Assembly (NCBI GenBank): GCA_016188245.1
Contig: JACPIE010000040.1
Location: 1-62,364, forward strand
Length of the DNA: 62,364 nucleotides
DNA from: Candidatus Woesearchaeota archaeon
GTDB taxonomy: Archaea; Nanobdellota; Nanobdellia; Woesearchaeales; GW2011-AR4
Reading direction: 5' to 3'
Both the position numbers and the translations under genes were made by a program. How positions within the stretch are numbered: position 1 is the first letter of the stretch; every line of letters starts with the position of its first letter. A model generated the notes under the pieces. That model was not told the origin of the DNA. It saw only the letters and a list, made by a program, of their open reading frames with translations, and did not search any database. This document shows, piece after piece, positions 27,989 to 37,626 of this stretch.

Positions 27989-29059
27989 ATGGAAACTCTT
28001 GAATCCTTGAAATGGCTCAAAGAAAGAAATCTGTATGAACTGGCATCAAAAGTGGCAGTTTCCCTGAAAAAGATTTTTACACCATGCCTTGCTGTAAAGG
28101 ACGAAAAGGTGCTCATAGTTGGGGATGTGGGTTACGAAAACAGGAATGTTGCCGCTGTGATATCGGCAGCATATTATCTTGCAGCCGAGCAGCTGAAGCT
28201 GGACGCAAAGCTGATGCTGCAGAATGTAAAGTCAAGAGGCGATGTTTCTGACGAGAATGTGATAAAAAGCCTGTCGGAGCTTAAAAGCGGCAACATAATA
28301 ATCTTGAACATGTCTGACAAGCTTGGCAATATCCAGGAGCTTGGAAAAAGCTTCAGAAAATGGATTGCCAAGAAAAGCCATAGGTTCATTTCCGCAATGA
28401 GCCTGGGCGATTTGGCCACGAGCAATATTGAGCTGATAACCAAAGCGATAGATGTCAATTACAAGCCGCTGCAGGCACAGCATGAGTCAATAAGGCAGAA
28501 ACTGGAAAATGCGAAAGAGGTGCATGTAACAACCTCTGCAGGGACTGACTTGCGCTATGGCAAAAGCGGCATAAAATCAATCTCGGCTGATGGAAATTAC
28601 ACGATGCCCGGCACCGGTGGAAATCTGCCTGCAGGTGAAGTTTACTCTGCGCCAAGCGGCAAAGAAGTGAATGGAAAAGTTGTCATAGACGGCTCATCAA
28701 GGACCCATGAGCATACAATCTTGATCAGGAATCCGATAGAATTAGAAATAGAAAACGGGAATATTGTCGGGATTAAAGGTGGAGAAGAGGCAAAGCAGCT
28801 TGAAAACACTTTAAAATGGGCTGCGTCAGTTGCAAAAAACCCGGGCAATGTCAGGAGAATCTGCGAGCTCGGGATTGGGCTGAATCCGAAAGCCTCGATT
28901 ATCGGGGCCATGATAGTTGATGACAAAACTTTGGGCACAGCACACATCGGCATAGGCTCGAACTACTGGTTCGGCGGCAATATTTATGCAATCATCCATC
29001 TTGACCAGGTGTTCAAGAACCCGACAATTTATTTGGATGATGAATTGCTGAAGATATGA
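27989..29059 (+). CDS. M29-like (aminopeptidase T/leucyl) metallopeptidase
   Basis: NLPAGEVY, ELGIGLNP, GTAHIGIGSN, HLD. Confidence 0.85.
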   Translation: METLESLKWLKERNLYELASKVAVSLKKIFTPCLAVKDEKVLIVGDVGYENRNVAAVISAAYYLAAEQLKLDAKLMLQNVKSRGDVSDENVIKSLSELKSGNIIILNMSDKLGNIQELGKSFRKWIAKKSHRFISAMSLGDLATSNIELITKAIDVNYKPLQAQHESIRQKLENAKEVHVTTSAGTDLRYGKSGIKSISADGNYTMPGTGGNLPAGEVYSAPSGKEVNGKVVIDGSSRTHEHTILIRNPIELEIENGNIVGIKGGEEAKQLENTLKWAASVAKNPGNVRRICELGIGLNPKASIIGAMIVDDKTLGTAHIGIGSNYWFGGNIYAIIHLDQVFKNPTIYLDDELLKI

Positions 29060-29173
29060 TTACAGTTCTTCCTCTGTTTCAGTCATCCATTTAGGCAAGT
29101 CTATATCTGGATATTTCTTGCCGGAGCCTTCAAAATAAGCGCCTTTTTCTTTCAGTTTTTCCAGCTTCTGCAT
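29060..29173 (-). CDS. Possible 37-aa peptide or gene remnant
   Basis: MQKLEKLKEKGAYFEGSGKKYPDIDLPKWMTETEEEL with upstream TTTATATA. Confidence 0.4.
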   Translation of the reverse strand: MQKLEKLKEKGAYFEGSGKKYPDIDLPKWMTETEEEL

Positions 29174-29307
29174 GCTCAATACGGAAGACTGCAAAATATA
29201 TAAAGATTGTTTAGTAAGCTTGAGTGACTACATAAAATAAATTTAGCATTAGAAAGTATTAAAAACAATATGGAAAATATGTAGCATTCCTAATATTAAT
29301 AAAAAAC

Positions 29308-29350
29308 GAGAGCTTCCTCTGAAAGCAAACAGCGAGAGGAAACCAGCTTT
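29308..29350 (+). repeat. GAGAGC hairpin, divergent copy 3
   Basis: AAAAACGAGAGC-TTCCTCT...AGAGGA-AACC-AGCTTT. Confidence 0.5.
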
Positions 29351-29360
29351 GACTGCAAAG

Positions 29361-29705
29361 ATGATATACAAACTTGTGATTTTAGTCAGGGAAGACCTGA
29401 AGCTTCCCAAAGGCAAAATGTCGGCGCAGGCAGGCCATGCCGCCGTAGATGCAGTCCTGAAATCCGACAAAAAAACTGTTGAGGAATGGAAAAAAACAGG
29501 AGCAGGAAAGATTGTTTTGAAAGTCAAGGATGAAAAAGAGCTTTTCAAATACAAGCAGATGGCAGAAGACAATAGGTTAAAAACAGCTTTAATAACGGAC
29601 GCAGGCCACACTGTTATCGAGCCGGGAACAATTACGTGCTTGGGGATAGGGCCCGATTTATCAGAAAAAATCGACAGGATTACCGGAAAGCTGAAGATGA
29701 TGTAG
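29361..29705 (+). CDS. pth2: Peptidyl-tRNA hydrolase Pth2
   Basis: GKMSAQAGHA, KIVLK, DAGHT, LGIGP. Confidence 0.96.
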   Translation: MIYKLVILVREDLKLPKGKMSAQAGHAAVDAVLKSDKKTVEEWKKTGAGKIVLKVKDEKELFKYKQMAEDNRLKTALITDAGHTVIEPGTITCLGIGPDLSEKIDRITGKLKMM

Positions 29706-29710
29706 CTTCA

Positions 29711-30052
29711 TTATAGAATTACATCCTCTGCGATTAGTCTTCTAAACAATTCGTCAACATCTCTTAGATAAGGTTGTCTAAAATAATCTTCGCCTGCGAA
29801 ACCTGCGAACATTCCTCCATCGTAGCCGGTATTGTATTCAAATTGGTCTAATCCTGCGCGAGAATTTTTATCAAATTGTTTTCTGGGATTTTTATCAAAA
29901 GCGTCTTGAAACCCTAAAAAAAGTTTGGTTTCCTTTAGCAGCGGTCTTCCTTCTGCCCCTATTGCTTCAGAAAATCCTTTTCGCCTTGCAAATTCCAGAT
30001 AGGCTTTTTCTACTTTTGGAATCAATGAACTGTCAGCAACATTAGCGACCAT
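29711..30052 (-). CDS. Hypothetical protein
   Basis: 113-aa ORF. Confidence 0.55.
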   Translation of the reverse strand: MVANVADSSLIPKVEKAYLEFARRKGFSEAIGAEGRPLLKETKLFLGFQDAFDKNPRKQFDKNSRAGLDQFEYNTGYDGGMFAGFAGEDYFRQPYLRDVDELFRRLIAEDVIL

Positions 30053-30128
30053 ACAGCTAAAAATCGCTATTAATTTAAAAATCTTTGCAGTTACCTTTTT
30101 AAACTATTTGTTTTTCTATTCTTTTATC

Positions 30129-30251
30129 GGGCCCATAGCTCAGCCTGCACATTTTAAATGGGGCAATTAGAGCACCTGACTCTTAAATGACAAGTTTAAG
30201 TAAACTGTTAAAGGATTCAGGGGGTCGCGGGTTGAAATCCCGTTGGGCCCA
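30129..30251 (+). tRNA. tRNA-Lys(CTT) with introns in the D-loop (30149-30166) and at 38/39 (30187-30216)
   Basis: GGGCCCA/TGGGCCC acceptor, GCTC/GAGC D-stem, CCTGA-CTCTTAA-TCAGG after splicing; both introns fold as BHB-like motifs. Confidence 0.88.
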
Positions 30252-30263
30252 CTATTTATAAAA

Positions 30264-31358
30264 ATGGCGAAAGATTATAGAGGATTTCCAACAGCACACG
30301 ATTATTATATTGCGCACTTCGAACTTCATCCACTGACTCGCACAAAATTGTTTAGGACTGACTCTGGGTTAGCTCACAAGCTAAAGGAAGAAGGAAAATG
30401 GGAGGGGATACCCAAAGCCAGGGTGGGTCCTTCGAAAGGGGGGCAACATCGAGGATTGTGGGGTTCTAACAAAGAGTATCCTACGGCTTATGATTATTTT
30501 ATGGAGCATCTTGAATTGCATCGTCTATCTAATGGAGAGATTGCAAGGGATAATTCCCTATGGAAAAATTTTAAAAGAAATGGACTTTTAGGTCAGTTAT
30601 TCCCCGATGGCTTCGTCCCGGGAATTCCGGCTAAAGATGGAAGCTATATATCTGGAATAGACGCATTAGTTTACCATGAGTCCAGCAAAGAGGGGAGAAT
30701 TTTTGGATATGCAGATTTGCATTTAGCTGCCTATGGGGTAATGAGATCTGTTCTTGAACACGGAGAACTTACCAAAATACCTGAAAATGAAAAAAAGTCT
30801 AAAAGCAATGAAGTTCTTCAAAGAGAATTTGCGGAGGGCATCTTTAAGTTGATAGCTCCCGTTGGAATTTTTGATTTTAACAGAATCTTTACCTCTATAC
30901 CGGCAAAATCTGTTGACGGTGAAAATCAGAGAACATTATACATAGGCGGCTTAAGAGTGGACTACAGGCATGACCAGTATTTGACCCATTCATTGGTTAT
31001 TAAAAGCAACCGAAGTGAGAATCCACCAATTGGTGGAGTTTATAAAATAGACCTAAGCGGAAGCAATAGAGTAAGATTATTAAAATTATTTAAAGATGGT
31101 TCTCAAACAGCAAGCGCGAATTTTGAATTGTCAAATCAGAGAAGAACGATAAGGGCTGCTCCAGATGTTAAAATAGAAATGAAGGAAATAGGAAATGGGC
31201 AGCATTTGTTGAGCATAGCACAAGGACCAATCCCTGAAGAACTTATTGATTTAATAAAAAGAATTGATTCAATTTTAATGGGAACATATATTTCTTTGGG
31301 TGGTGTCCCACTCACAGAACGACAATTTATGAATTGGATGTTTTCCGGTGGTGAATGA
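30264..31358 (+). CDS. Hypothetical protein with a duplicated N-terminal domain
   Basis: FPTAHDYYIAHFELHPL and YPTAYDYFMEHLELHRL repeats. Confidence 0.65.
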   Translation: MAKDYRGFPTAHDYYIAHFELHPLTRTKLFRTDSGLAHKLKEEGKWEGIPKARVGPSKGGQHRGLWGSNKEYPTAYDYFMEHLELHRLSNGEIARDNSLWKNFKRNGLLGQLFPDGFVPGIPAKDGSYISGIDALVYHESSKEGRIFGYADLHLAAYGVMRSVLEHGELTKIPENEKKSKSNEVLQREFAEGIFKLIAPVGIFDFNRIFTSIPAKSVDGENQRTLYIGGLRVDYRHDQYLTHSLVIKSNRSENPPIGGVYKIDLSGSNRVRLLKLFKDGSQTASANFELSNQRRTIRAAPDVKIEMKEIGNGQHLLSIAQGPIPEELIDLIKRIDSILMGTYISLGGVPLTERQFMNWMFSGGE

Positions 31359-31363
31359 TCTTT

Positions 31364-32017
31364 TTATTTACTCACCATCTCCTGCAGCACATCATAGGCT
31401 TTCATGGAATCTTTCTTGCTTAATATGAATGTCAATTCCGTCATTGTGGACACTATCTCGTAAATATTGATGTTTTCCCATGCAAGCCTGCTGACTGCAT
31501 TGAATATTATTCCGGGGGTATGCGTAAAATCATCGGCAGTGAATATGATTGTCAATGATGCAAGGCCATGCTCCTTATTCAGGATTTTCTCCCCAAAAAG
31601 AAAGCTCTTCAGCTTTCCTTCATATTTCTCGTTGATTATTATGCTTACTTCATTGTTTCCGATTATTACATTTAAAGTGTCTCCCCTTTCAAGGTTGGCT
31701 AAATTGTGTATTGTCCTTAGCTTTGCCATGAGGCTTGTCGATTTTACAACAGTAAAGTCGCAGATGCTGGTTTTTATTATCAGCTCTCCGCTGTAATTGA
31801 AAGGCTTTATTTTCCGGTGTGACAGTATTTCATCAGAGAAGCGCCTTAAGGCCATAGCGATAGCAGGCAATTTTGCCTTTTTGCCGAGCTCCTGCTCTAT
31901 ATTGGGCAGCAGGCTTTCAGCCAGGTTTGCAATGTTTATGATGCCTCTTGCCAGGCCTTCCTCTACAAAAGGCTGCTGGCTTACAATTTTCTTCACAATA
32001 TGGCTTATGGTTACCAT
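31364..32017 (-). CDS. ACT-domain putative regulator, divergent from the lysine operon
   Basis: N-terminal INIANLA...AMALRR helix region; C-terminal TPGI...NINIYEIVSTMTELTF ACT. Confidence 0.8.
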   Translation of the reverse strand: MVTISHIVKKIVSQQPFVEEGLARGIINIANLAESLLPNIEQELGKKAKLPAIAMALRRFSDEILSHRKIKPFNYSGELIIKTSICDFTVVKSTSLMAKLRTIHNLANLERGDTLNVIIGNNEVSIIINEKYEGKLKSFLFGEKILNKEHGLASLTIIFTADDFTHTPGIIFNAVSRLAWENINIYEIVSTMTELTFILSKKDSMKAYDVLQEMVSK

Positions 32018-32083
32018 AACATCTTAATTACAAATTGTTATTAAAATAACATAATGTTTATATATAAGTATATAAAACTTTGC

Positions 32084-32833
32084 ATGATGGGCATATCAAT
32101 CGTTGGGTACGGAAAGATGGGGCGTGAGATTGAAAAGGCCGCAATAGCCAAAGGGCTGGGAATTGCATCAATAATCGACCCAAACTCTGAGGAAGCAACA
32201 CATAAAGAAATAAATGAAAGCTCGATGAAGAATGCAGATGTGTGCATTGACTTCACATCTCCTGATGCTGTGATTGGGAGCATCAGGAAAATCGCCAAAT
32301 TCAAAAAAAGCATAGTTGTCGGCACAACCGGATGGTACGATAAAATAAGCGAAGTTAAGTCGATTGTTAAAAAAAACAATATCGGGCTTGTTTACTCGTC
32401 AAATTTTTCAATAGGCATCAACATGTTTTTCAAAATCGTGGAGAACGCAGCCAAGATAGCCGACAAAATCTGGGATTATGATGTTTATGGTTATGAGCTG
32501 CACCACAATAAAAAAATCGACAGCCCGAGCGGGACAGCAAGGTCAATAGGGGAAATCCTGGTTAAAAACATTAAAAGAAAGAACAAATTGGTTTTTGACA
32601 GGATTGGCAGGAAGATAAGCCCGAATGAGCTGCATTTTGCATCAGTCAGGGCAGGCTCAATTCCCGGAACGCATGTTGTGGGCTTTGACAGCAGCGCTGA
32701 CACAATAGAGTTACGGCATGAAGCAAGAAACAGGGAAGGCTTCGCTTTGGGCGCGATAATGGCAGCAAAATGGATACAGGGCAGGAAAGGGATTTATGGA
32801 ATTGACAGCATGATGAAAAGCATTTTAGGGTGA
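32084..32833 (+). CDS. dapB: 4-hydroxy-tetrahydrodipicolinate reductase
   Basis: GYGKMG, IDFT, VGTTG, ELHHNKKIDSPSGTA. Confidence 0.96.
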   Translation: MMGISIVGYGKMGREIEKAAIAKGLGIASIIDPNSEEATHKEINESSMKNADVCIDFTSPDAVIGSIRKIAKFKKSIVVGTTGWYDKISEVKSIVKKNNIGLVYSSNFSIGINMFFKIVENAAKIADKIWDYDVYGYELHHNKKIDSPSGTARSIGEILVKNIKRKNKLVFDRIGRKISPNELHFASVRAGSIPGTHVVGFDSSADTIELRHEARNREGFALGAIMAAKWIQGRKGIYGIDSMMKSILG

Positions 32834-32837
32834 TACT

Positions 32838-33716
32838 ATGTTTAAAGGAGCTATAACTGCAATTGTAACGCCGTTCAGGGAAAATGAAGAGATTGATGAA
32901 GCTGCATTAAGGAAGCTTGTGGAATTCCAGGTTAAGAACAGGATAGATGGGATAGTGCCGTGCGGCACAACAGGGGAAAGCCCGACTCTCGACTATGGGG
33001 AGCACGACAAGGTTATCGAAATTGTGGTTGACGCTGCAAACGGAAAAGTTCCCGTCATTGCGGGAACAGGCAGCAACTCGGCAAAAGAAGCCATTGAAAT
33101 GACAAGGCATGCTGCAGATGCAGGCGCTGACGCTTCACTGCAGGTCTGCCCATATTACAACAAGCCGACACAGGAAGGATTGTACAGGCATTTCAGCGCA
33201 ATCGCAAGAGCAGTAGACATCCCAATGGTTATCTATAATATACAGGGCAGAACAGCCGTCAATCTGGAAACATCAACTCTTGCAAGGCTTGTAAAGGAGC
33301 ATTCAAACATTGTTGGAGTCAAGGAAGCATCAAGCAGTATAGCCCAAATGATGGATGTGATAGATGAGCTGCCAAAAAGCTTTGATGTATTGTCCGGGGA
33401 TGACAACATGACGCTGCCCCTGATGGCACTTGGAGGAAAAGGAGTCATTTCGGTTGCAAGCAACATAATTCCAAGAGAAATGCATGACTTGACAGAATTT
33501 GCATTAAAAGGGCAGTTTGAAAAGGCCAAGGCACTGCATTACAAACTGCTGCCTTTGTTCAAGGGGATTTTCATAGAAACAAATCCGATTCCGATAAAGG
33601 CAGCTTTGGCCATGAAAGGCATGATAAAAGAAAGCTACAGGCTGCCAATGTGCGGGATGAAGCCAGAGAACAAAGAAAGATTAAGGAAAATCTTGAAGGA
33701 TTTGAAGATAATTTAG
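32838..33716 (+). CDS. dapA: 4-hydroxy-tetrahydrodipicolinate synthase
   Basis: GTTGES, PYYNKP, YNIQGRT, GVKEAS, ETNPIP. Confidence 0.97.
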   Translation: MFKGAITAIVTPFRENEEIDEAALRKLVEFQVKNRIDGIVPCGTTGESPTLDYGEHDKVIEIVVDAANGKVPVIAGTGSNSAKEAIEMTRHAADAGADASLQVCPYYNKPTQEGLYRHFSAIARAVDIPMVIYNIQGRTAVNLETSTLARLVKEHSNIVGVKEASSSIAQMMDVIDELPKSFDVLSGDDNMTLPLMALGGKGVISVASNIIPREMHDLTEFALKGQFEKAKALHYKLLPLFKGIFIETNPIPIKAALAMKGMIKESYRLPMCGMKPENKERLRKILKDLKII

Positions 33717-33768
33717 GTTCTGATTAATTTAGGAATAGCTAAAATATAAACAAAGGAGTATCAGCCAA

Positions 33769-35031
33769 ATGACACAAAAAACGTTGCCATTCACAAGACA
33801 AGAGATAATGAAAATAATAAAAAAATACCCTACGCCTTTCCACATTTATGACGAGAGGGCAATAAGGCAGAATGCCACGGAATTTCTGAAAGCATTTGGA
33901 GTACTGGAAGGGTTCAGGCAGTTCTTTGCGGTAAAGGCAAATCCAAATCCTTTCATCCTGAAAATGCTGAAGGAAGAGGGGATGGGCGTGGACTGCAGCT
34001 CTTTGCCGGAGCTTGAAATAGCTGAAAGAATTGGATTTAAAGGAGAGCAGGTGATGTTCAGCTCGAATGACACTCCAGCAGAAGAATTCATAAAAGCAAG
34101 GAAGCTTGGAGCCATTATCAATCTTGATGACATCAGCCACATAGCTTTCCTTGAAAAAGCAGCCGGAATCCCCCAGCTAATCTGCTTCAGGTACAATCCT
34201 GGCCCTGCAAGGCAAGGCAATGAGATAATCGGAAAGCCAGAGGAAGCAAAATATGGCCTGACTAAAGCCCAAATGCTTCAAGCATATGAGCTTGCCAGGA
34301 AAAAAGGGGCAAAGCGGTTTGGCATGCACACAATGGTAATCTCAAATGAGCTGAATGAGGGGTATTTCATAGAGACGGCAAGGATGATGTTTAAGCTGGC
34401 AGTTGAAATTCATGATAAAACTGGAATTAAAATTGAATTTGTTAACCTTGGAGGGGGCATAGGAATACCTTACAAGCCAGAACAAAAGCCAGTCTCGTAC
34501 AGAAAGGTTGCTGAAGGGGTTAAAAAAGCCTATGATGAGATAATTGTAAAGAATAGGCTGCATCCAGTAAGAATTTTCACAGAATGCGGAAGGGTAATCC
34601 TGGGTCCTTACGGTTACTTGATTACAAAAGTAAACCACATAAAGCATATCTATCGGGATTATGTCGGGACAGATGCCTGCATGGCAAATTTGATGAGGCC
34701 CGGAATGTATGGGGCTTACCATCATATCACTGTTTTGGGAAAAGAAAGCAAGCCTTTGGACCATATTTATGACGTCACAGGCGGATTGTGCGAGAACAAC
34801 GACAAGTTTGCAATAAACAGAAAACTGCCTGAAATCGGCATTGGGGATATCCTGGCAATCCATGACACAGGAGCACATGGCTTTGCAATGGGATTCAATT
34901 ACAATGGCAAATTAAGGTCTGCTGAACTGCTGTTAAGGGAAAACGGAAGCGTTCTTCAGATAAGAAGGGCAGAAACTGTAAAAGATTATTTTGCAACATT
35001 GGATTTTAAATCAGCAAAAGAGTTCAGCTAA
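33769..35031 (+). CDS. lysA: Diaminopimelate decarboxylase
   Basis: FAVKAN, NLGGG, ECGR, LMRPGMY, CENND, YNG. Confidence 0.93.
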   Translation: MTQKTLPFTRQEIMKIIKKYPTPFHIYDERAIRQNATEFLKAFGVLEGFRQFFAVKANPNPFILKMLKEEGMGVDCSSLPELEIAERIGFKGEQVMFSSNDTPAEEFIKARKLGAIINLDDISHIAFLEKAAGIPQLICFRYNPGPARQGNEIIGKPEEAKYGLTKAQMLQAYELARKKGAKRFGMHTMVISNELNEGYFIETARMMFKLAVEIHDKTGIKIEFVNLGGGIGIPYKPEQKPVSYRKVAEGVKKAYDEIIVKNRLHPVRIFTECGRVILGPYGYLITKVNHIKHIYRDYVGTDACMANLMRPGMYGAYHHITVLGKESKPLDHIYDVTGGLCENNDKFAINRKLPEIGIGDILAIHDTGAHGFAMGFNYNGKLRSAELLLRENGSVLQIRRAETVKDYFATLDFKSAKEFS

Positions 35032-35032
35032 A

Positions 35033-36247
35033 ATGGTAAAAAGAAACCCGAACATGGCAAAGCTTCAGTCAGGCTATCTGTTTCCGGAAATAGCCAGAAG
35101 AAAAAATGAGTTTATCAAAAAAAATCCAAATGCAAAATTAGTGAGCCTGGGAATCGGAGACACAACGCAGCCAATAAAGCCGCATATCACGAAAGGATTA
35201 GCCGATGAAGCTTCAAGGCTCGGGACAAAAGAAGGGTACAGCGGATACGGCGCAGAGCAGGGCCTTGAAGAATTAAGGGACAGAATAGCGGAAAAGCTGT
35301 ACAATGGGGCAATCAATGGGGATGAAGTTTTTGTCTCCGACGGGGCAAAGCCGGATACGGCAAGGCTGCAGCTGCTTTTCGGCAGCAATGTGTCAATTGC
35401 AGTGCAGGACCCTTCCTATCCGGTGTATGTGGACAGCAGCGTGATTCTAGGGCAGGCAAAAGGCTACAATCAAAAAAAATCCCAGTTTGGCGGAATTGAA
35501 TATATGAAATGCGTCCCTGAAAATAATTTTTTCCCTGACTTGGAAAAAACAAAAAAGACCGATATAATTTTTTTTTGCAATCCCAACAATCCAACAGGCG
35601 CGGCAGCTGCAAGGGGGCAATTAAAGCAGCTTGTTGAATTTGCAAGAAAGAACAAATCAATTTTGGTTTATGATTCGGCGTACAGCCAGTTCATCTCGGA
35701 CAAAAGCCTTCCAAAGTCAATTTATGAAATTGAAGGGGCTGAGGAAGTGGCCATAGAGATAAGCTCTTTTTCAAAGCCAATCGGATTTACCGGAGTCAGG
35801 CTTGGATGGACTGTGATTCCCAACGAACTTGAATTTGAGGATGGAACTAAAGTCAACAAGGACTGGAACAGGATAATGACTACATTATTCAACGGAGCTT
35901 CCAATATCGCACAACGCGGAGGATTGGCAGCCTTGGATAAAAAAGGGATGAAAGAGATGGAGCAAACTGTTTCCTATTATCTTGAAAATGCCAAAGTAAT
36001 CATGGCTTCAATGGAAAAACTAGGTTATGAAGTGTATGGGGGAATTCATGCGCCTTACATCTGGGTAAGGGTTCCGGGAAAAACATCATGGCAGGCATTT
36101 GAAGAATTTCTGGGCAAAGCAAATGTTGTTACAATACCCGGTGTTGGGTTTGGGCCTTCCGGAGAAGGCTTCCTGAGATTAAGCTCCCTGGGAAACAGGC
36201 AGGATGTTGACGAAGCAGTCAAGCGGATTGAGAGGTCGTTAAAATGA
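35033..36247 (+). CDS. dapL: LL-diaminopimelate aminotransferase
   Basis: GYLFPEI, LGIGD, SGYGAEQG, SDGAK, PNNPTG, SFSK, GFTGVRLG. Confidence 0.96.
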   Translation: MVKRNPNMAKLQSGYLFPEIARRKNEFIKKNPNAKLVSLGIGDTTQPIKPHITKGLADEASRLGTKEGYSGYGAEQGLEELRDRIAEKLYNGAINGDEVFVSDGAKPDTARLQLLFGSNVSIAVQDPSYPVYVDSSVILGQAKGYNQKKSQFGGIEYMKCVPENNFFPDLEKTKKTDIIFFCNPNNPTGAAAARGQLKQLVEFARKNKSILVYDSAYSQFISDKSLPKSIYEIEGAEEVAIEISSFSKPIGFTGVRLGWTVIPNELEFEDGTKVNKDWNRIMTTLFNGASNIAQRGGLAALDKKGMKEMEQTVSYYLENAKVIMASMEKLGYEVYGGIHAPYIWVRVPGKTSWQAFEEFLGKANVVTIPGVGFGPSGEGFLRLSSLGNRQDVDEAVKRIERSLK

Positions 36248-36306
36248 CAATTGCAAAAAAATTATGTTTTTGGAACTTACAAAATTTCACGGAGGTGGAA
36301 TTTTGA
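36248..36306. repeat. 59-bp two-hairpin insertion at the dapL/lysC junction
   Basis: TGA direct repeats at 36245 and 36304; CAAAATTTCAC-GGAG-GTGGAATTTTG stem. Confidence 0.6.
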
Positions 36307-37625
36307 TAGTCATGAAGTTCGGCGGCACATCTGTCGGGAATGCCGAAAGGATAAGGAATGTTGCAAGTATTGTCAAATCCCATATAAAAAGAAATCCGGT
36401 TGTTGTGGTTTCAGCAGTCACAAAAATCACAGATGCGCTGATAAGGCTTGCAAAAGAATGCGCGCAGGGAAAAGGCGATGAAACATTAGCCCATATCGAG
36501 GATGTCCATTACGGAATTCTCGGGCAGCTTGATATTGACAAAGCGCTGCTAAAAGAAAACCTTGAAGAATTAAAAAGCCTGGCAGCCAAAGCAAAGTCCG
36601 GCAGAAGCCCTGATGCCGAAGCTCTGGATTATTTCCAGTCATTCGGAGAAAGAATATCTTCAAAGATTGTTGCGGAGCAGCTCAACAGAATCGGGATAAA
36701 GGCAAAAGCGTTTGATTCATGGGAGCTTGGCTTTTTTACGGACTCTAAATTCGGAAGCGCAGAGCCGTTAAAAATTGCATACTCAAGCCTGGATAAAAAC
36801 ATCAGGAAACTGGAAATTGTTCCAGTCATAACCGGATTCATAGGCAAGACTGAAAATAATGAGATAACCACTCTCGGCAGGGGAGGCTCTGATTATACGG
36901 CAGCTGTGATAGGCGCTGCAATCGATGCAGATGAGATACAGATATGGACTGATGTCAATGGAATCATGTCAACAGACCCGAAAATTGCTTCAAATGCAAA
37001 AACTATCGGAAAAGTTTCGTTTGCAGAGGCTTCTGAATTGGCTTATTTTGGGGCAAGGGTTTTGCATCCGAAAACAATACTTCCTGCTATGAACAGGAAT
37101 ATTCCTGTAAAAGTGCTGAACTCATTTAACCCAAAAAACAGCGGCACGACAATAGTCAGAAAAGCCGGAAAAAACAGCCATATTGTAAAAGCCATTGCCT
37201 GCAAGAAGGGCATAACCATGATAAGCATCGAGTCAACAAGAATGCTCGGCGCTTATGGGTTTTTGGAGCAGCTTTTTGATATCTTTTACAAGTACAGCAA
37301 AAGCGTTGATGTAGTCTCAACATCTGAAGTCGGCGTATCGCTAACGATAGACAATGACGAGAATATTGGAGAGCTTGTCAAAGAATTAAAAGAGATATCA
37401 GATGTGAATGTGCTGAAAAACAAGGCAATCATATGCGTTGTCGGGGAAGGTATGAGGCGCACTCCGGGCGTTGCAGGAAAGGTTTTTACCGCCCTAGGGA
37501 AAAAAAGGATAAATGTGGACATGATTTCGCAGGGGGCTTCTGAAATAAACATCACTTTTATTGTAGGCGGGAAAGATGCCAATGCATCTGTAAAGGCTCT
37601 GCACAAAGAGTACTTTGGAGGGTAA
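36303..37625 (+). CDS. lysC: Aspartate kinase (probable TTG start)
   Basis: IVMKFGGTSV, TLGRGGSD, WTDV, GARVLHP, two ACT domains. Confidence 0.95.
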   Translation: MIVMKFGGTSVGNAERIRNVASIVKSHIKRNPVVVVSAVTKITDALIRLAKECAQGKGDETLAHIEDVHYGILGQLDIDKALLKENLEELKSLAAKAKSGRSPDAEALDYFQSFGERISSKIVAEQLNRIGIKAKAFDSWELGFFTDSKFGSAEPLKIAYSSLDKNIRKLEIVPVITGFIGKTENNEITTLGRGGSDYTAAVIGAAIDADEIQIWTDVNGIMSTDPKIASNAKTIGKVSFAEASELAYFGARVLHPKTILPAMNRNIPVKVLNSFNPKNSGTTIVRKAGKNSHIVKAIACKKGITMISIESTRMLGAYGFLEQLFDIFYKYSKSVDVVSTSEVGVSLTIDNDENIGELVKELKEISDVNVLKNKAIICVVGEGMRRTPGVAGKVFTALGKKRINVDMISQGASEINITFIVGGKDANASVKALHKEYFGG

Positions 37626-37626
37626 G

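Noticed and set aside
32036-32051. TGTTATT-AA-AATAACA palindrome as operator of the ACT regulator
   Set aside because: Short, AT-rich and single-copy; could be chance
36248-36306. Lysine riboswitch before lysC
   Set aside because: Far too short and lacks the multi-stem L-box architecture
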